This document shows positions 1 to 10,304 of a stretch of DNA of 64,000 bases, piece by piece. Both the position numbers and the translations under genes were made by a program. Source of the stretch: Nitrosopumilus sp. (GTDB taxonomy: Archaea > Thermoproteota > Nitrososphaeria > Nitrososphaerales > Nitrosopumilaceae); assembly GCA_965203315.1 (NCBI GenBank), contig OZ241857.1:576001-640000 (forward strand), written 5' to 3'. The notes under the pieces were generated by a model, which saw only the letters and a list, made by a program, of their open reading frames with translations, was not told the origin of the DNA and ran no database searches. How positions within the stretch are numbered: the stretch's first letter is position 1; each line of letters opens with the position of its first letter.

Positions 1-492
1 ATCAATGGTGAGATAAAATGGCTCTTTGCAATAACTGATAGTACTACAAGATTTTTTATTTCATATGAACTAGGCGATACAAAAGAGGGACACAATGCAA
101 TCAAAATGTTTAATTCTGCTCAACAAATTACAAGAATGGTTCCTAGCAAAGTGGTATCTGATGGTTCGCCAGTGTATCCCTTTGCCATCAAAAACGCGTT
201 TAAATCTGCAATTAAAAAGCCCACACACATTAAAGAGATTCACATGCAAAAGAAAAGAAAAAACAACAACAAACAAGAACGCTTTAACGGCAGTATAAGA
301 GACCGTGAAAAAGTTCTCAGAGGTTTGAAAACAACCTCTAGTCCATTTTTTGAGGGCATGTGGATAAATTATAATTTCATAAGGCCGCATAGTAGTTTAA
401 ATGGAAACACGCCAGCTGAAAAAGCTGGAATTGTAATACAAGGTGACAATAAATGGCGCATATTGATTGAAAATGCAGCTCTTGCCAACTAG
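1..492 (+). CDS. IS6-family DDE transposase, 5'-partial (runs off window start)
   Basis: Frame 1 is open from base 1 (INGEIKWLFAITDSTTRF...VVSDG...NNKQERFNG...YNFIRPHSSLNGNTPAE); clear paralog of 2272..3417. Confidence 0.85.
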   Translation: MNGEIKWLFAITDSTTRFFISYELGDTKEGHNAIKMFNSAQQITRMVPSKVVSDGSPVYPFAIKNAFKSAIKKPTHIKEIHMQKKRKNNNKQERFNGSIRDREKVLRGLKTTSSPFFEGMWINYNFIRPHSSLNGNTPAEKAGIVIQGDNKWRILIENAALAN

Positions 493-865
493 TGTGTCAT
501 AATTTTAAATCACAAACAACCAGTTTGTAATTATTCTCTATTATTTTTCTGTATTTTGATACATGATTCGTTATTTCTAAAATTTAGTGTCAAATTTGTC
601 AATTTACCACCCCCCGATAAGTTAAAAGAACCCCTGGATTTATCCCAAATTTCTTGGCTTTTTCGAGGATTTTACGGAGTTCATGCGAAAGTCGTTTTGA
701 AGACTCTGGACACCTAGCAACAAAGACATTCCAAATTATAAAGTGATCTCAGGTTTGTGATCTGTGGAATTGTACGATTATGCATGTACGCAGAGTCAAA
801 ACAGTGAATTATACCTTGATATCTTACAATATCATTCTATAAATCACAATGTTGTTGTGTATTAT

Positions 866-2029
866 TTACGCAACTATACGATGAGATAATTTCATCTTTT
901 TTAGTTTAGCCTGTTTTTTACGGTTTATCTTTACTCTCCATGCTGCAACAAGCTCTTCTAATCTAGGACTAGGTCTGCCGTGTTCATGATCCCAAAGAAC
1001 GTGATAGTTGACCAGTGTAGATGCCATCTTGAAGGCATCGTTGTATTGGTCGTCATCTCCTCGGAACATGTTGAACAAGAGTTTAAACTGCTTTACACAT
1101 CCAACTACGTGTTCTACTGTGGCGCGTTCACTGTCTATCTTTTTGTTGTATATCTCTTGTTCTTTTGTGAGTTGCCCACCTTTGGGCTTCTTGTATTTTA
1201 TGCCTATCTTGGCACCTACAAAGATATCTCGAATCCCTAGGAATCCCAGATCTACTAGAATGTACAGTCTTTGACGAAGTGGAGTGTTTGGATCTGTTAA
1301 CGACATGGACCACTTGCCAAGATTCAGTTTGAGCTCTTTGAATATGCTGAAATCGTGTGTCTTACCAGGAAACGTAGAAGACACATGTACTATCAGTCTC
1401 TCTTTTGTACACATCAATAGAGTATTTACCGTATGCATCTTTTTTTTGCCTGATTTGTAGTCATTGCGTATCTCTCTATCTACGGGTGTTGGAACACGAG
1501 TGTGTGATCCATCGAACAAGAATGTGTGATCCTTTACCCATTTTGCGAGCTCTTTCTTTGTCTTGCATTTACTTATCGCATTTGCCAACTCGTCTGGCGA
1601 AAAACCCAAACTCTGAAAAAACTGATTCATGTATGTACAGTACCGGGATACATTACTCTGATCTATACCAAATCTACTGGCAAGATGGCACTGACTGTGA
1701 CCACTTACCAGCCTCAGAATTGCCAAGAGCATGGCATACTCGGGAGTTAGTTTGGATATTCTTCCACGTACTATGAGAACATTACGAAACTGTCTGTGAA
1801 CATCTGCTGCCGGTATCCATTCTATAAACAGGCCGAGCAAAAAGTTAAACATGTCAAAATCCAGCTTTGTATGCTCCCATAGAGTCTTTTCATTGCTAAG
1901 GATATTCTTACATGGAGGGAGCTCGAGTTCTTTTTTTGCTGCTTTGAGCTGTTCTTCTGCTATATCTGCACGTTCTTCGGCTGCTTTGAGTCGTTGTTCA
2001 AGCACTAGTTCCTTGTTCGGATTAGCCAT
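866..2029 (-). CDS. IS5-family (ISL2/HARBI1-like, DDE_Tnp_4) transposase with N-terminal coiled coil
   Basis: HTH (LASRFGIDQSNVSRY), FDGSHT, SGKKKMHTV, HDF, VDLGF, RATVEHVVG motifs; paralog of 60513..61733; termini not confidently located. Confidence 0.85.
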   Translation of the reverse strand: MANPNKELVLEQRLKAAEERADIAEEQLKAAKKELELPPCKNILSNEKTLWEHTKLDFDMFNFLLGLFIEWIPAADVHRQFRNVLIVRGRISKLTPEYAMLLAILRLVSGHSQCHLASRFGIDQSNVSRYCTYMNQFFQSLGFSPDELANAISKCKTKKELAKWVKDHTFLFDGSHTRVPTPVDREIRNDYKSGKKKMHTVNTLLMCTKERLIVHVSSTFPGKTHDFSIFKELKLNLGKWSMSLTDPNTPLRQRLYILVDLGFLGIRDIFVGAKIGIKYKKPKGGQLTKEQEIYNKKIDSERATVEHVVGCVKQFKLLFNMFRGDDDQYNDAFKMASTLVNYHVLWDHEHGRPSPRLEELVAAWRVKINRKKQAKLKKMKLSHRIVA

Positions 2030-2125
2030 ACTCTTGTTTATTCAAATTGGTATTTACCATAGAGTGTCTTAAAAAATTGTCTTGTTGCGTATTCTATTTT
2101 TGGTTAATTTTTTACTCCTCCTCAC

Positions 2126-3631
2126 AGGATCTTTTCGATTTACGTTGGATGGATTTTTTTTTACAGACACATCATTGCAAGACTTTATGGAATTATTGAA
2201 ACGAAATATTCAAACTTTGTATTAAAATGTCAATTAAAAAAACACTTGTTATTTAATTCTGTTAGAATTTACTAGACAAATTTAAAATTATACAGAGTTT
2301 TCACTGCGTTCAGTATTAATGTGCGCCATTTATTTGCTCCTTTTATGATAATTCCAGCTCTGTCGGCTGGTGTGTCACTGTTTAAACCCATATGTGGTCT
2401 AATGTAATTGTAATGTATTCTAATTCCACGAATAAGAAAAGCATTTTTGAAGCCTTTGATTTTTTGTTCAACATGTCTAAACTTTCCATTAAAACTCTCC
2501 ATCTCATTGTTGTGTACATGATCACCTGCCATGTGAATTTCTCTAATGTGAATAGATGACTTGCCTGATTTTGCTTTTGCAAATATCTTCTTAAACGATG
2601 CTTCATAACAAGCTGCGCCATCAGTTATCAGCACAGATGGTGTTTTTTGTGCAATCTTTTCTGCTTCTTTAAATAATTTATTGACTTGTGCTTTATTTTT
2701 CTTCTTGCCAACTTGACTGCCCAGCCAAAACCTTGTTTTACGATCCAGCATCGCAAAGAGATAATGCAGTTTGCCATTGATCTCGAACCACACTTCATCA
2801 GCATGATATATCTCACCAATTTGAGGTGCGAGTGTTGAAATGTACTCATCCATCAATTTGACGTATCTTACAGTCCAGTCGTGAATGGTGGTACACCCAA
2901 CTTTGACACCTTTCTTTGCCAAAAATTGTACGACTTCACTCAAGCTAGATCCTGTAAGATGTAAATGTATTGCATCAGTTACATGCTCTGGTGACGCGGC
3001 TAGTCCCTCAAATCCTACATTTCCAGAAAACGATACCTCGCATATCTTGCAGTAATATTTTTGATTATCATAATTTTTGTTAGGTCTGATGCCATTTTTT
3101 ACAGTCTCTAGTGTGCCACAATGTTTACAACAAATCTTGCCATCATTTAGTGACTCTAGCGTAGTTTCTTTTGTTTTTGTCCCAACCTCCACTACGATAT
3201 CAACCATTTTGACATGTTTGCATCTCTTTTTTCCAAACTTGTAGCCTTTACAAGTGCAAAACCAATTTCCTGGTTCACCCATAACATCGTATGTTTCATC
3301 TCCTGTTTGAATCTTGACTTTGTAGTGGTTATCTTGTACTTTTTTGACACACTTGCACATTTCCAAATATTCTTTTGTAGCATCAGACATGCAGATTTGC
3401 TCTAGATTTTGCTTCACATGTGTAGTAGAAATATACTAGTATATACCACTTTTTTTAAAAAAAGTTAATTTTTTAGTTAAAAAAATTTTATTCATTTAAA
3501 GTTTTCTATCATATACTAAATTACAAATAGAAATCTAGTAAATATGACGCAATCGCTTTATTTTTGAAGTGTTGGGTAGTTTTAGGAAAAAGTCGTCTAA
3601 AAAACCATCCAACGTAAATCGAAAACATCCT
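2126..3631 (-). mobile_element. IS6-like insertion sequence with ~32-bp terminal inverted repeats
   Basis: AGGATCTTTTCGATTTACGTTGGATGG at 2126 vs CCATCCAACGTAAATCGAAAACATCCT ending 3631; no matching target duplication on the flanks. Confidence 0.85.
2272..3417 (-). CDS. IS6-family DDE transposase with N-terminal SWIM-like and CxxC zinc fingers
   Basis: CTC..CKH (SWIM), CKHC..CKIC, HADEVW, LITDG, NNEMESFNG, YNYIRPH motifs. Confidence 0.88.
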   Translation of the reverse strand: MKQNLEQICMSDATKEYLEMCKCVKKVQDNHYKVKIQTGDETYDVMGEPGNWFCTCKGYKFGKKRCKHVKMVDIVVEVGTKTKETTLESLNDGKICCKHCGTLETVKNGIRPNKNYDNQKYYCKICEVSFSGNVGFEGLAASPEHVTDAIHLHLTGSSLSEVVQFLAKKGVKVGCTTIHDWTVRYVKLMDEYISTLAPQIGEIYHADEVWFEINGKLHYLFAMLDRKTRFWLGSQVGKKKNKAQVNKLFKEAEKIAQKTPSVLITDGAACYEASFKKIFAKAKSGKSSIHIREIHMAGDHVHNNEMESFNGKFRHVEQKIKGFKNAFLIRGIRIHYNYIRPHMGLNSDTPADRAGIIIKGANKWRTLILNAVKTLYNFKFV

Positions 3632-4641
3632 AGTTGAGCGTTTTGAGTAACATTTTTACGTGATGTGGCTAACAATTTCGAATCACCATATATTGAATTC
3701 AGTGTATCGGTTTTTGGTCTATTTTCTACTGTCCCTGTCAATAATTCTTGTCGTAACTTGTTAAAACTCTCTTGGCCATAGTTTAGCCACGCTAACTCTA
3801 GAGCATATGTTCTAGTGTAATCATATCTATTGGCATAGGGTGGCGAAGTTATCACTGTGTCAAATGATCTATCGGCATATTTTCTTAGTAGATATAGTGA
3901 AGAGCCAGTGACTAGCTTTGGTCTAGGTGAGGTCCCATATGTCTCTTTTAATAACGGCATGTCTTGTATGATCTCGGTAAATCGTTTGTGTAACGCGGCA
4001 TATAGTGAAGGTATCTCTTTCTTGTATAATCCATTCTTTACATCCCTGCCAGACCTTGCATCCCATCGCAAAAATTGTCCATCTTTTCTAGTATAACTGA
4101 TCTCTTCAAGTACACTCATGCATGTAAAGTTTAGAATTGATTTTATTTTTGGATCTTTGACATTGTCTATGAACTTTCTAGTAATAGCAAGTTCTCTCTC
4201 GGTTTCTGGTGGAAAAGCATGTTGGGTTATTCGTATGTGATTGAATGGAGTTCCGTCAATATTCCTACTTAAATTATCTAACAACTCGGTAAACTTTACT
4301 TCAAGTTCTTGTTTGTTGATATCTTTAGCTATGGACATAATAGCTTTTGCAGTGTTATTTCCCACTGGCATTATCTCGATCCCGGTCGCTTTGATTCCCA
4401 ATCTTGATGCTGTTAATACTGTAGTACCTATGCCTGAAAATGGATCGAGCAGAGATTTTGCATCTATGCTAGACAATATCTTTGATACTAGATCTACAGA
4501 GAATCCTTCCTTGTATCATAACCATCTAAATCCAGGAATAGATCGATTGGCTTGATATGATACAACTTTACGAGTTAGATCCGGATCAATGAAAATCTTG
4601 CCCGATATCTGTTTGTCAAGTACTTGTTGAATACCCATCAT
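3632..4641 (-). pseudogene. Amino (probably N4-cytosine, alpha-type) DNA methyltransferase, inactivated
   Basis: DPFSGIGTT then TSPPY; reading frame from ATG 4641 has an in-frame TGA at 4516-4518 (RWL*YKEGFS); 3' end truncated by the IS terminus at 3631. Confidence 0.8.
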
Positions 4642-4796
4642 GTTTTACAACTATTGTCAATGATTTTAACTTTTAGGATGCCACGGCTACAAGAGGTATA
4701 GACTAGATTGGTTTTTTAACTTTGGAATGGATGGTTTTTGTACAAAATTCTCAAAATTTACAAAATATGAGAATGGTCGAGCAGCGTCTTGTTGAT

Positions 4797-5240
4797 TTAC
4801 CAGGGTGCTATACCTGTCTCATAAACTGCCTTGTTGTATTCCTTGCATAGTCGTCTAGCATCTATGATCTGATATACGAATAGGGCAATATAACCAATGA
4901 AAGATATGCCAAACACGGCAAGAACTAGCTCGGATGACCAAAGTACATCTACTATCGCCAATGAACCTACCATTGCGACAAGTATCCCTAGTGAACCAAC
5001 TAGGAGTGCAATGCCTCGTCTTATCTTTCCTAAATAGATATGTCCTGTTCCATTAAATCCTAGCAATCCTAGTATTGTTGACAGCACCAAAGTCACTCCT
5101 TCGCTTTTGTATATCGTATTCTTGTAGTTTTGATAATTGGGCTCGTCTGAGATGGTTTCAATGTTTTCAACGATTTCATGTTTTGAAGAGTCTAGCATTT
5201 CAGTATCTTTATGAATTGTATCTCTTTCTTTGCTAGACAC
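4797..5240 (-). CDS. TM2-domain-like membrane protein
   Basis: LSTILGLLGFNGTGHIYLGKIRRG motif followed by hydrophobic helices and IIDA. Confidence 0.65.
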   Translation of the reverse strand: MSSKERDTIHKDTEMLDSSKHEIVENIETISDEPNYQNYKNTIYKSEGVTLVLSTILGLLGFNGTGHIYLGKIRRGIALLVGSLGILVAMVGSLAIVDVLWSSELVLAVFGISFIGYIALFVYQIIDARRLCKEYNKAVYETGIAPW

Positions 5241-5262
5241 GTCACATTCAGTGCATATTGTA

Positions 5263-5493
5263 TTAAGAGTCGATATCAGCTAGAATCGATGTCACCAGTA
5301 TGTTGTCTTTGTACAGATACAGATGATATCGAATATCTGAACCTAGTCGTGTTGGACCATTAGATATTAGAGTATAGTTACCATACTTTATTTTGGTACC
5401 TGTATCTGCTGAGAGTATATTGTGTATGACTTTCTCTGGCTGCTGATTCATCTTGTCGCACATCTTGAGAAATGCTCTACTCCGATTCATCAT
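5263..5493 (-). CDS. small hypothetical protein
   Basis: 76-aa ORF co-oriented with neighbours, TATA-like TTTAAATTAAA upstream. Confidence 0.45.
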   Translation of the reverse strand: MMNRSRAFLKMCDKMNQQPEKVIHNILSADTGTKIKYGNYTLISNGPTRLGSDIRYHLYLYKDNILVTSILADIDS

Positions 5494-5698
5494 TGTGTAG
5501 TGCAGAATTTTAATTTAAAGATCAAATATGGCAGTTGAGAAGTGGTTTTTAGATCATGTAGAATCTTATATGTGTGGTTGTGATCTAGTTGCTAGATTAG
5601 GAATCATCTAGGGGATGGAATAATAATGCAATAGCCGAGATTATGCTCTTTGATTTGATGACTCAATATCTGTTAGGCCCCATGTAGATAATCGTCAA

Positions 5699-6061
5699 TC
5701 ATATTTTGTTGTCATTATCAAAATACAAGTACTTGGGCTTTTTACGACCATCAAGGTAACGGTTTATGAGATAGGCTACTGGTAACCACCCTGCCAGATG
5801 TGCCATAATTGTAATCCCTGCATAAATGACTGGCAATATCTCGTCAGGTACTCCATCAAACATGTCTCTATTAGCATCTTGAATCACAGCAAAAATTAGC
5901 AATATTACAGTTGGTACAAAATCTATTGCTGCCAGTATGTGATAATCGATCCAGATACCTGCCTTTTGCAAGACGCCCAATACCATTATCAAATATATCA
6001 CCATACCAAATGTTGGCAATCCAATATATAGAGCAAATTTACGTTTGTGTATATGATTCAT
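5699..6061 (-). CDS. small membrane protein, putative orphan immunity protein (paralog of 6419..6757)
   Basis: KRKFALYIGLPTFG...WLPVAYLINRYLD aligns with KRKIAIYCTLVTFG...WAPIAWGVNKRWD. Confidence 0.6.
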   Translation of the reverse strand: MNHIHKRKFALYIGLPTFGMVIYLIMVLGVLQKAGIWIDYHILAAIDFVPTVILLIFAVIQDANRDMFDGVPDEILPVIYAGITIMAHLAGWLPVAYLINRYLDGRKKPKYLYFDNDNKI

Positions 6062-6231
6062 TATTCAATGTATCCAAGTACAGATAATTTAGATGAGCCA
6101 CAATTTGTACTATATATGCACATAGTATGATTCCGAGTGTTACTGACGTAAATTGTTTGATTAGGCATATAGCGTCTAGTTGTGGTACAGTAACCAAGAC
6201 TACTCTCCAAACAACCGAATCTTACAAACAT
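6061..6231 (-). pseudogene. internally deleted copy of the 308-aa secreted protein gene (56-codon mini-ORF)
   Basis: MFVR...TTTRRYMPNQTIYVSNTRNHTMC...KLSVLGYIE vs MFTK...TTTKAYTPGQTIYVSNTWNHMMD...KVSVP; upstream 6232-6290 matches promoter region 7687-7745; stop overlaps the next ATG (TAATG). Confidence 0.75.
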
Positions 6232-6418
6232 AACCTAGTTACAACATAATTGTTGATAAACGTTACTGATCAATGGTTCTGAAATATCATCTAAGTCGAA
6301 AAGATCAAACCAGCGCGATAACATATCCATTACGTGTAATCTTTAATGCCTTGTTGTGCGTGGTTTTCAGTACAATACAATTTGTATCTAGTTTTTCAAA
6401 TAGATTTCTTTCCACGTT

Positions 6419-6757
6419 TCATTGTGGTTCATTTCTACGAGTACGATGATCGAATTCATCCCATCTCTTATTTACTCCCCATGCAATTGGTGCCCAGAAC
6501 ATGATGTTGGTAATCACGACGATTGTGATTGTTGACCAATTCAAATTTGTTATGGACGTTAAAGTATAAGAATCTGTGCCAGTTATTTCGCCTTGTAATA
6601 CGGATATTGCAAGTTGTAATATATGTGGCGGTAAATTTAAGACATAAAAAAAGATTCTATGATTTACAACTGTAGACGTGCTTACAAGTAATGAAACAAC
6701 AACACCAAATGTCACTAGAGTACAGTATATTGCAATTTTTCGTTTATTCATGATCAA
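6419..6757 (-). CDS. small membrane protein, putative immunity protein
   Basis: 2-3 hydrophobic segments; starts 2 nt after the stop of the secreted 308-aa gene. Confidence 0.6.
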   Translation of the reverse strand: MIMNKRKIAIYCTLVTFGVVVSLLVSTSTVVNHRIFFYVLNLPPHILQLAISVLQGEITGTDSYTLTSITNLNWSTITIVVITNIMFWAPIAWGVNKRWDEFDHRTRRNEPQ

Positions 6758-6759
6758 AA

Positions 6760-7686
6760 CTATGGTACTGAAACTTTGTTCAATCTCGGATTTGTGTCAA
6801 AGGTGTCCATCATGTGATTCCAAGTGTTACTGACGTAAATTGTTTGACCTGGCGTATATGCTTTTGTGGTTGTCCTATGACAACCATGTATATCAAAAAC
6901 GCAATCGTATGTATTAGTTGAACTCCATGTATTATCAAATGTTATCACATTATTATTTTTAATAACAAACATTTCAATATCGTGTACTCTTTTATACAAC
7001 TCTAATCTTATTCTATCATACACAATATCAATTAATGGATGATCTTCATCATAAAACGACAGAACATATGTACGCTCACATGTTTTTGGGTCATCTTTCA
7101 TCGAAACATTATACAAATCATTATTGCCGTTAAAATTGAAAATGCCATATCTACCACCACTAATATCAATTCTTACTTGCTTGTAGTGTGGGTTTGTGGT
7201 GGCAGGGCATGTTGCATGAGCCATTTGAACACCGATCATTTCCATAAAATCAACACTAGTTGTGTCTGAAGAATTATAAGATTTCAGAAATTGTTTATAC
7301 TTTTCATCCTTGATGGTTTCTATAAAGATATAATTAATTGCAGTATCAATCTCTGCATCTGTTAGTGTTGCGGTATTTGTCTCTGTACGTACTCTTTCAA
7401 TAACATCTCTAAAGAAGGAATCATACTCTTGTTTGATTTCGTTCGATTTTATTTCATATGTGTTATCGTCTTCAACATCTATCAGATCTCTAATGTCGCT
7501 TTTGAATCTCTCTTTTACTGTTTCATCAATCTTGTACTTGCTCTCTGTTCCGTTTGAACTTTTAATATCTTGTACTTGTTTTTGCTCTATTTCACTTGTC
7601 TGTGATGCTGTTGCAATATCTGCAACGTAAAATGGTAGAACCGTTGCCATGATAAGAGTTGTGAACAAAATTGCTTTCGTAAACAT
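6760..7686 (-). CDS. secreted protein with acidic pro-region and Cys-containing C-terminal domain (DEDHP...RVHDIE...NTWNH), putative toxin
   Basis: N-terminal signal peptide; low-complexity charged region; internal AHA/TCP processing-like site; compact C-terminal domain. Toxin role inferred from gene architecture. Confidence 0.6.
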   Translation of the reverse strand: MFTKAILFTTLIMATVLPFYVADIATASQTSEIEQKQVQDIKSSNGTESKYKIDETVKERFKSDIRDLIDVEDDNTYEIKSNEIKQEYDSFFRDVIERVRTETNTATLTDAEIDTAINYIFIETIKDEKYKQFLKSYNSSDTTSVDFMEMIGVQMAHATCPATTNPHYKQVRIDISGGRYGIFNFNGNNDLYNVSMKDDPKTCERTYVLSFYDEDHPLIDIVYDRIRLELYKRVHDIEMFVIKNNNVITFDNTWSSTNTYDCVFDIHGCHRTTTKAYTPGQTIYVSNTWNHMMDTFDTNPRLNKVSVP

Positions 7687-7738
7687 GGGTTAGACAGGCC
7701 ATAATATCTAATAAACATTACTCATCAATGGTTCCAAA

Positions 7739-7800
7739 GTTATCACGACAAGAACGTGATCATGTATTTGAATACATGATCATACTCTTGTTTCGATAAC
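7739..7800. repeat. 62-bp imperfect inverted repeat (hairpin/operator) upstream of the secreted-protein gene
   Basis: GTTATC-acg-ACAAGA-acg-TGATCATGTATT tg AATACATGATCA-tac-TCTTGT-ttc-GATAAC; 24/30 arm positions pair. Confidence 0.75.
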
Positions 7801-7836
7801 TGAATATGACGAGTACTTATCCTTGATCATCAAACA

Positions 7837-10272
7837 TCACCTAGAATTCCACACCATCTTGACGACTCTATACAGTACATAAAATACGCCGAGTGTAAAG
7901 AGTATCCAGAATAGTCTCATGGACGTAAACTCTAACCGTTCGTCATCATTGTGTTTTTCTCGTACGATACCAGCAACATTCTCTGCGGTAGCAACTCCGC
8001 CCCACATGTTATACACAACAAAGTCTGTAGGGCAAGTATCAGATAATAACACTAGACACCCATTTGTACTACATGTACTACCAGTGTATCTGGTACCATC
8101 TACATACACTCCAGTCATATTGCCAAAGTATACATCAAATGGAATGATTGCGACATCACGTGCTTTATTCACGTATAGCCGATTATCCGGCGACATGTTT
8201 AGTTGATAGTATACAACAGTAGAGATCTCTGAACCACCCATCTTTAGCGTATTGGTCTTTTCGATATGATCTCTAACTGCAGTTATGGTAACGTCATACC
8301 AAGATGATGCTAGTAGAAACTCTGGAGACGTATCATTTTTGATATCAGTGATGGTGTGTGGCTCTAGATCATCAAATACTTTTGGCTCTGTAATTATCAG
8401 ATTATTTGATACCATCTCATTGTACAGCCTTAGATCGTATTGAATTCCCGTCTTGTTTATCTTTAATAGATGTGTATGCCCAGTTAGATTTTGTATGGGA
8501 TTCATATCGTACATGTCTGACATGTGCATGAACTCAAACTCGTCTGATGTATGCTTGTCTAGATAATACTCTACAAGTGACAAGAATGTTCTATAACCAA
8601 TATCTTCTATAATGTTTACTGACACGATATCGACTGCATCATCATGCTGTGGCTCAAATAGATCATCAATATAATATGCTGTAATATTGAACGGTATCGA
8701 TAGATATCCAAATGGATATTGAAATTTGGTACTGTGAATATACGTGATATCGTCACCGCCATAGTTATGTGATACTAGATTGTCTATTGTTGTAATGTTG
8801 GTGTTTAGTTTTGCAATCTGCTCTGGATCAAAGTCAATATCTCGTAGAATCTTGCCATATCCTGCTGATTCTATCATTGCATCACGTACTGTATCATTCC
8901 AGTATACTCGCGCAGGACTCGCAAATGTATCTACAAATGTATAATTTTCAGGAATGTATTCGTACACAGAGTCATGCACTAATAAATCTGCCAACCCTTG
9001 TGCCAAAGTCATGTTGGCATTTGGACTCCATAATGTGTTTATCTTTTCAGAGCCGTTTGTGATCAAATATACAGAGAATATCTCGGTTATTTTTACTGGT
9101 CTGTTTGGATGTATTATGTCTAGATCATCTGGTCCGCCACCCATCGACCCTTCATAATGTACAGCAATCGTATAACGATTGTCAAATGATTGTAGACCAG
9201 CATCTTCTAATCTAGTCCAAGTCTCAGAGTATGTTATCTGCGGATCGTATCGGACTATTAACGGCTCTGCAATGCCATAGTATTCACCTATGTATCTATC
9301 TAGATTGTACATCTTACTAGCATGATGTACATCTGCAACTCCCAATCTAGCGGATGTATAGTGTGACGACAATAGATCACCATGGTGTATAGTAGTATAG
9401 TATGGACTCATCAAGCTGCCAGATATTGTAACATCACACGTACTTTGACATGATGTGCTATCCATCCTAGTCAACGGATTTGACGTCATGGTACTATCAA
9501 ACGATATTGTACCGTGTCGTTCTCTTTTGTATATCGAGTCTGGTACTGCATGTATGCCTATGGGATCATCTCTATAGTATGTACCATCTAGGTTCTTGGC
9601 AGGAAAGTTATCTGGATCATAAAGTATAGGATATGAGAATGTAATGTTTCCGTATGGTACATGAACTCTGGGCGACACAGTCTCGGTATCTTGTGGATAT
9701 GTGTATCGAATACGATTGTCGCTACCTCGATAGCTGCCTTTACCCTTAACTGTAACTGATAGTTCTGGAGTGGGCATCGCTTGTACGCATTTTTCATATT
9801 TGATATGGTCAAACTTTTTGGTAGAACTGTACGTATTGTACACATCACGGAAACATTCGTGTGGTGCCAGGTCTGACTTGATCTCAACTAGAGCAGATCT
9901 GCACTTGTGTTTTGGTTTTTTGTCTTTACAGTGAGAGTCCTGCCACCCTTTGAACTTATCGTATGATGATTCGTCTTCCCACGGACCACTCCCTGGATTA
10001 TACAGTGTAACATTTGCATCAGACTTGATATTTTCGACACCAAACGATAGACATGTACTGGATCCACGAGCCTTGAATATAACATAGAATGCATCACCTG
10101 GCCAAAACGAACCGTCTGGGTTTTGACGTGGGCTATCTTGATAGATTACAGGCGATATAACCTGGGATACACTTACAGAACAAGGATTCTGTGCATGTAC
10201 CTCTGGCACATGATCAACAGACAGCAACATCATGCAAACAATACATAGACCAATCAAATAGATGATCAACAT
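7837..10272 (-). CDS. large membrane-anchored surface protein (backbone)
   Basis: Signal peptide (…VHA/QNP), acidic beta-rich body, C-terminal TM helix plus basic tail. Confidence 0.75.
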   Translation of the reverse strand: MLIIYLIGLCIVCMMLLSVDHVPEVHAQNPCSVSVSQVISPVIYQDSPRQNPDGSFWPGDAFYVIFKARGSSTCLSFGVENIKSDANVTLYNPGSGPWEDESSYDKFKGWQDSHCKDKKPKHKCRSALVEIKSDLAPHECFRDVYNTYSSTKKFDHIKYEKCVQAMPTPELSVTVKGKGSYRGSDNRIRYTYPQDTETVSPRVHVPYGNITFSYPILYDPDNFPAKNLDGTYYRDDPIGIHAVPDSIYKRERHGTISFDSTMTSNPLTRMDSTSCQSTCDVTISGSLMSPYYTTIHHGDLLSSHYTSARLGVADVHHASKMYNLDRYIGEYYGIAEPLIVRYDPQITYSETWTRLEDAGLQSFDNRYTIAVHYEGSMGGGPDDLDIIHPNRPVKITEIFSVYLITNGSEKINTLWSPNANMTLAQGLADLLVHDSVYEYIPENYTFVDTFASPARVYWNDTVRDAMIESAGYGKILRDIDFDPEQIAKLNTNITTIDNLVSHNYGGDDITYIHSTKFQYPFGYLSIPFNITAYYIDDLFEPQHDDAVDIVSVNIIEDIGYRTFLSLVEYYLDKHTSDEFEFMHMSDMYDMNPIQNLTGHTHLLKINKTGIQYDLRLYNEMVSNNLIITEPKVFDDLEPHTITDIKNDTSPEFLLASSWYDVTITAVRDHIEKTNTLKMGGSEISTVVYYQLNMSPDNRLYVNKARDVAIIPFDVYFGNMTGVYVDGTRYTGSTCSTNGCLVLLSDTCPTDFVVYNMWGGVATAENVAGIVREKHNDDERLEFTSMRLFWILFTLGVFYVLYRVVKMVWNSR

Positions 10273-10304
10273 TTGTATAAATGGATTTTGTATTAAAGCA
10301 ACCG

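Noticed and set aside
724-2070. Candidate TIRs (AAGACA...) for the 866..2029 transposase
   Set aside because: Weak match and no target duplication; boundaries left uncalled
4516-4518. In-frame TGA in the MTase as evidence of stop-codon recoding
   Set aside because: TGA terminates many intact genes here, the gene is also IS-truncated, and other lesions are TAA or frameshifts; simple pseudogenisation fits better
5600-5640. Possible fourth orphan 3'-end copy (of the 811-aa gene) near the toxin locus
   Set aside because: Only short scattered matches; cannot be distinguished from chance by eye
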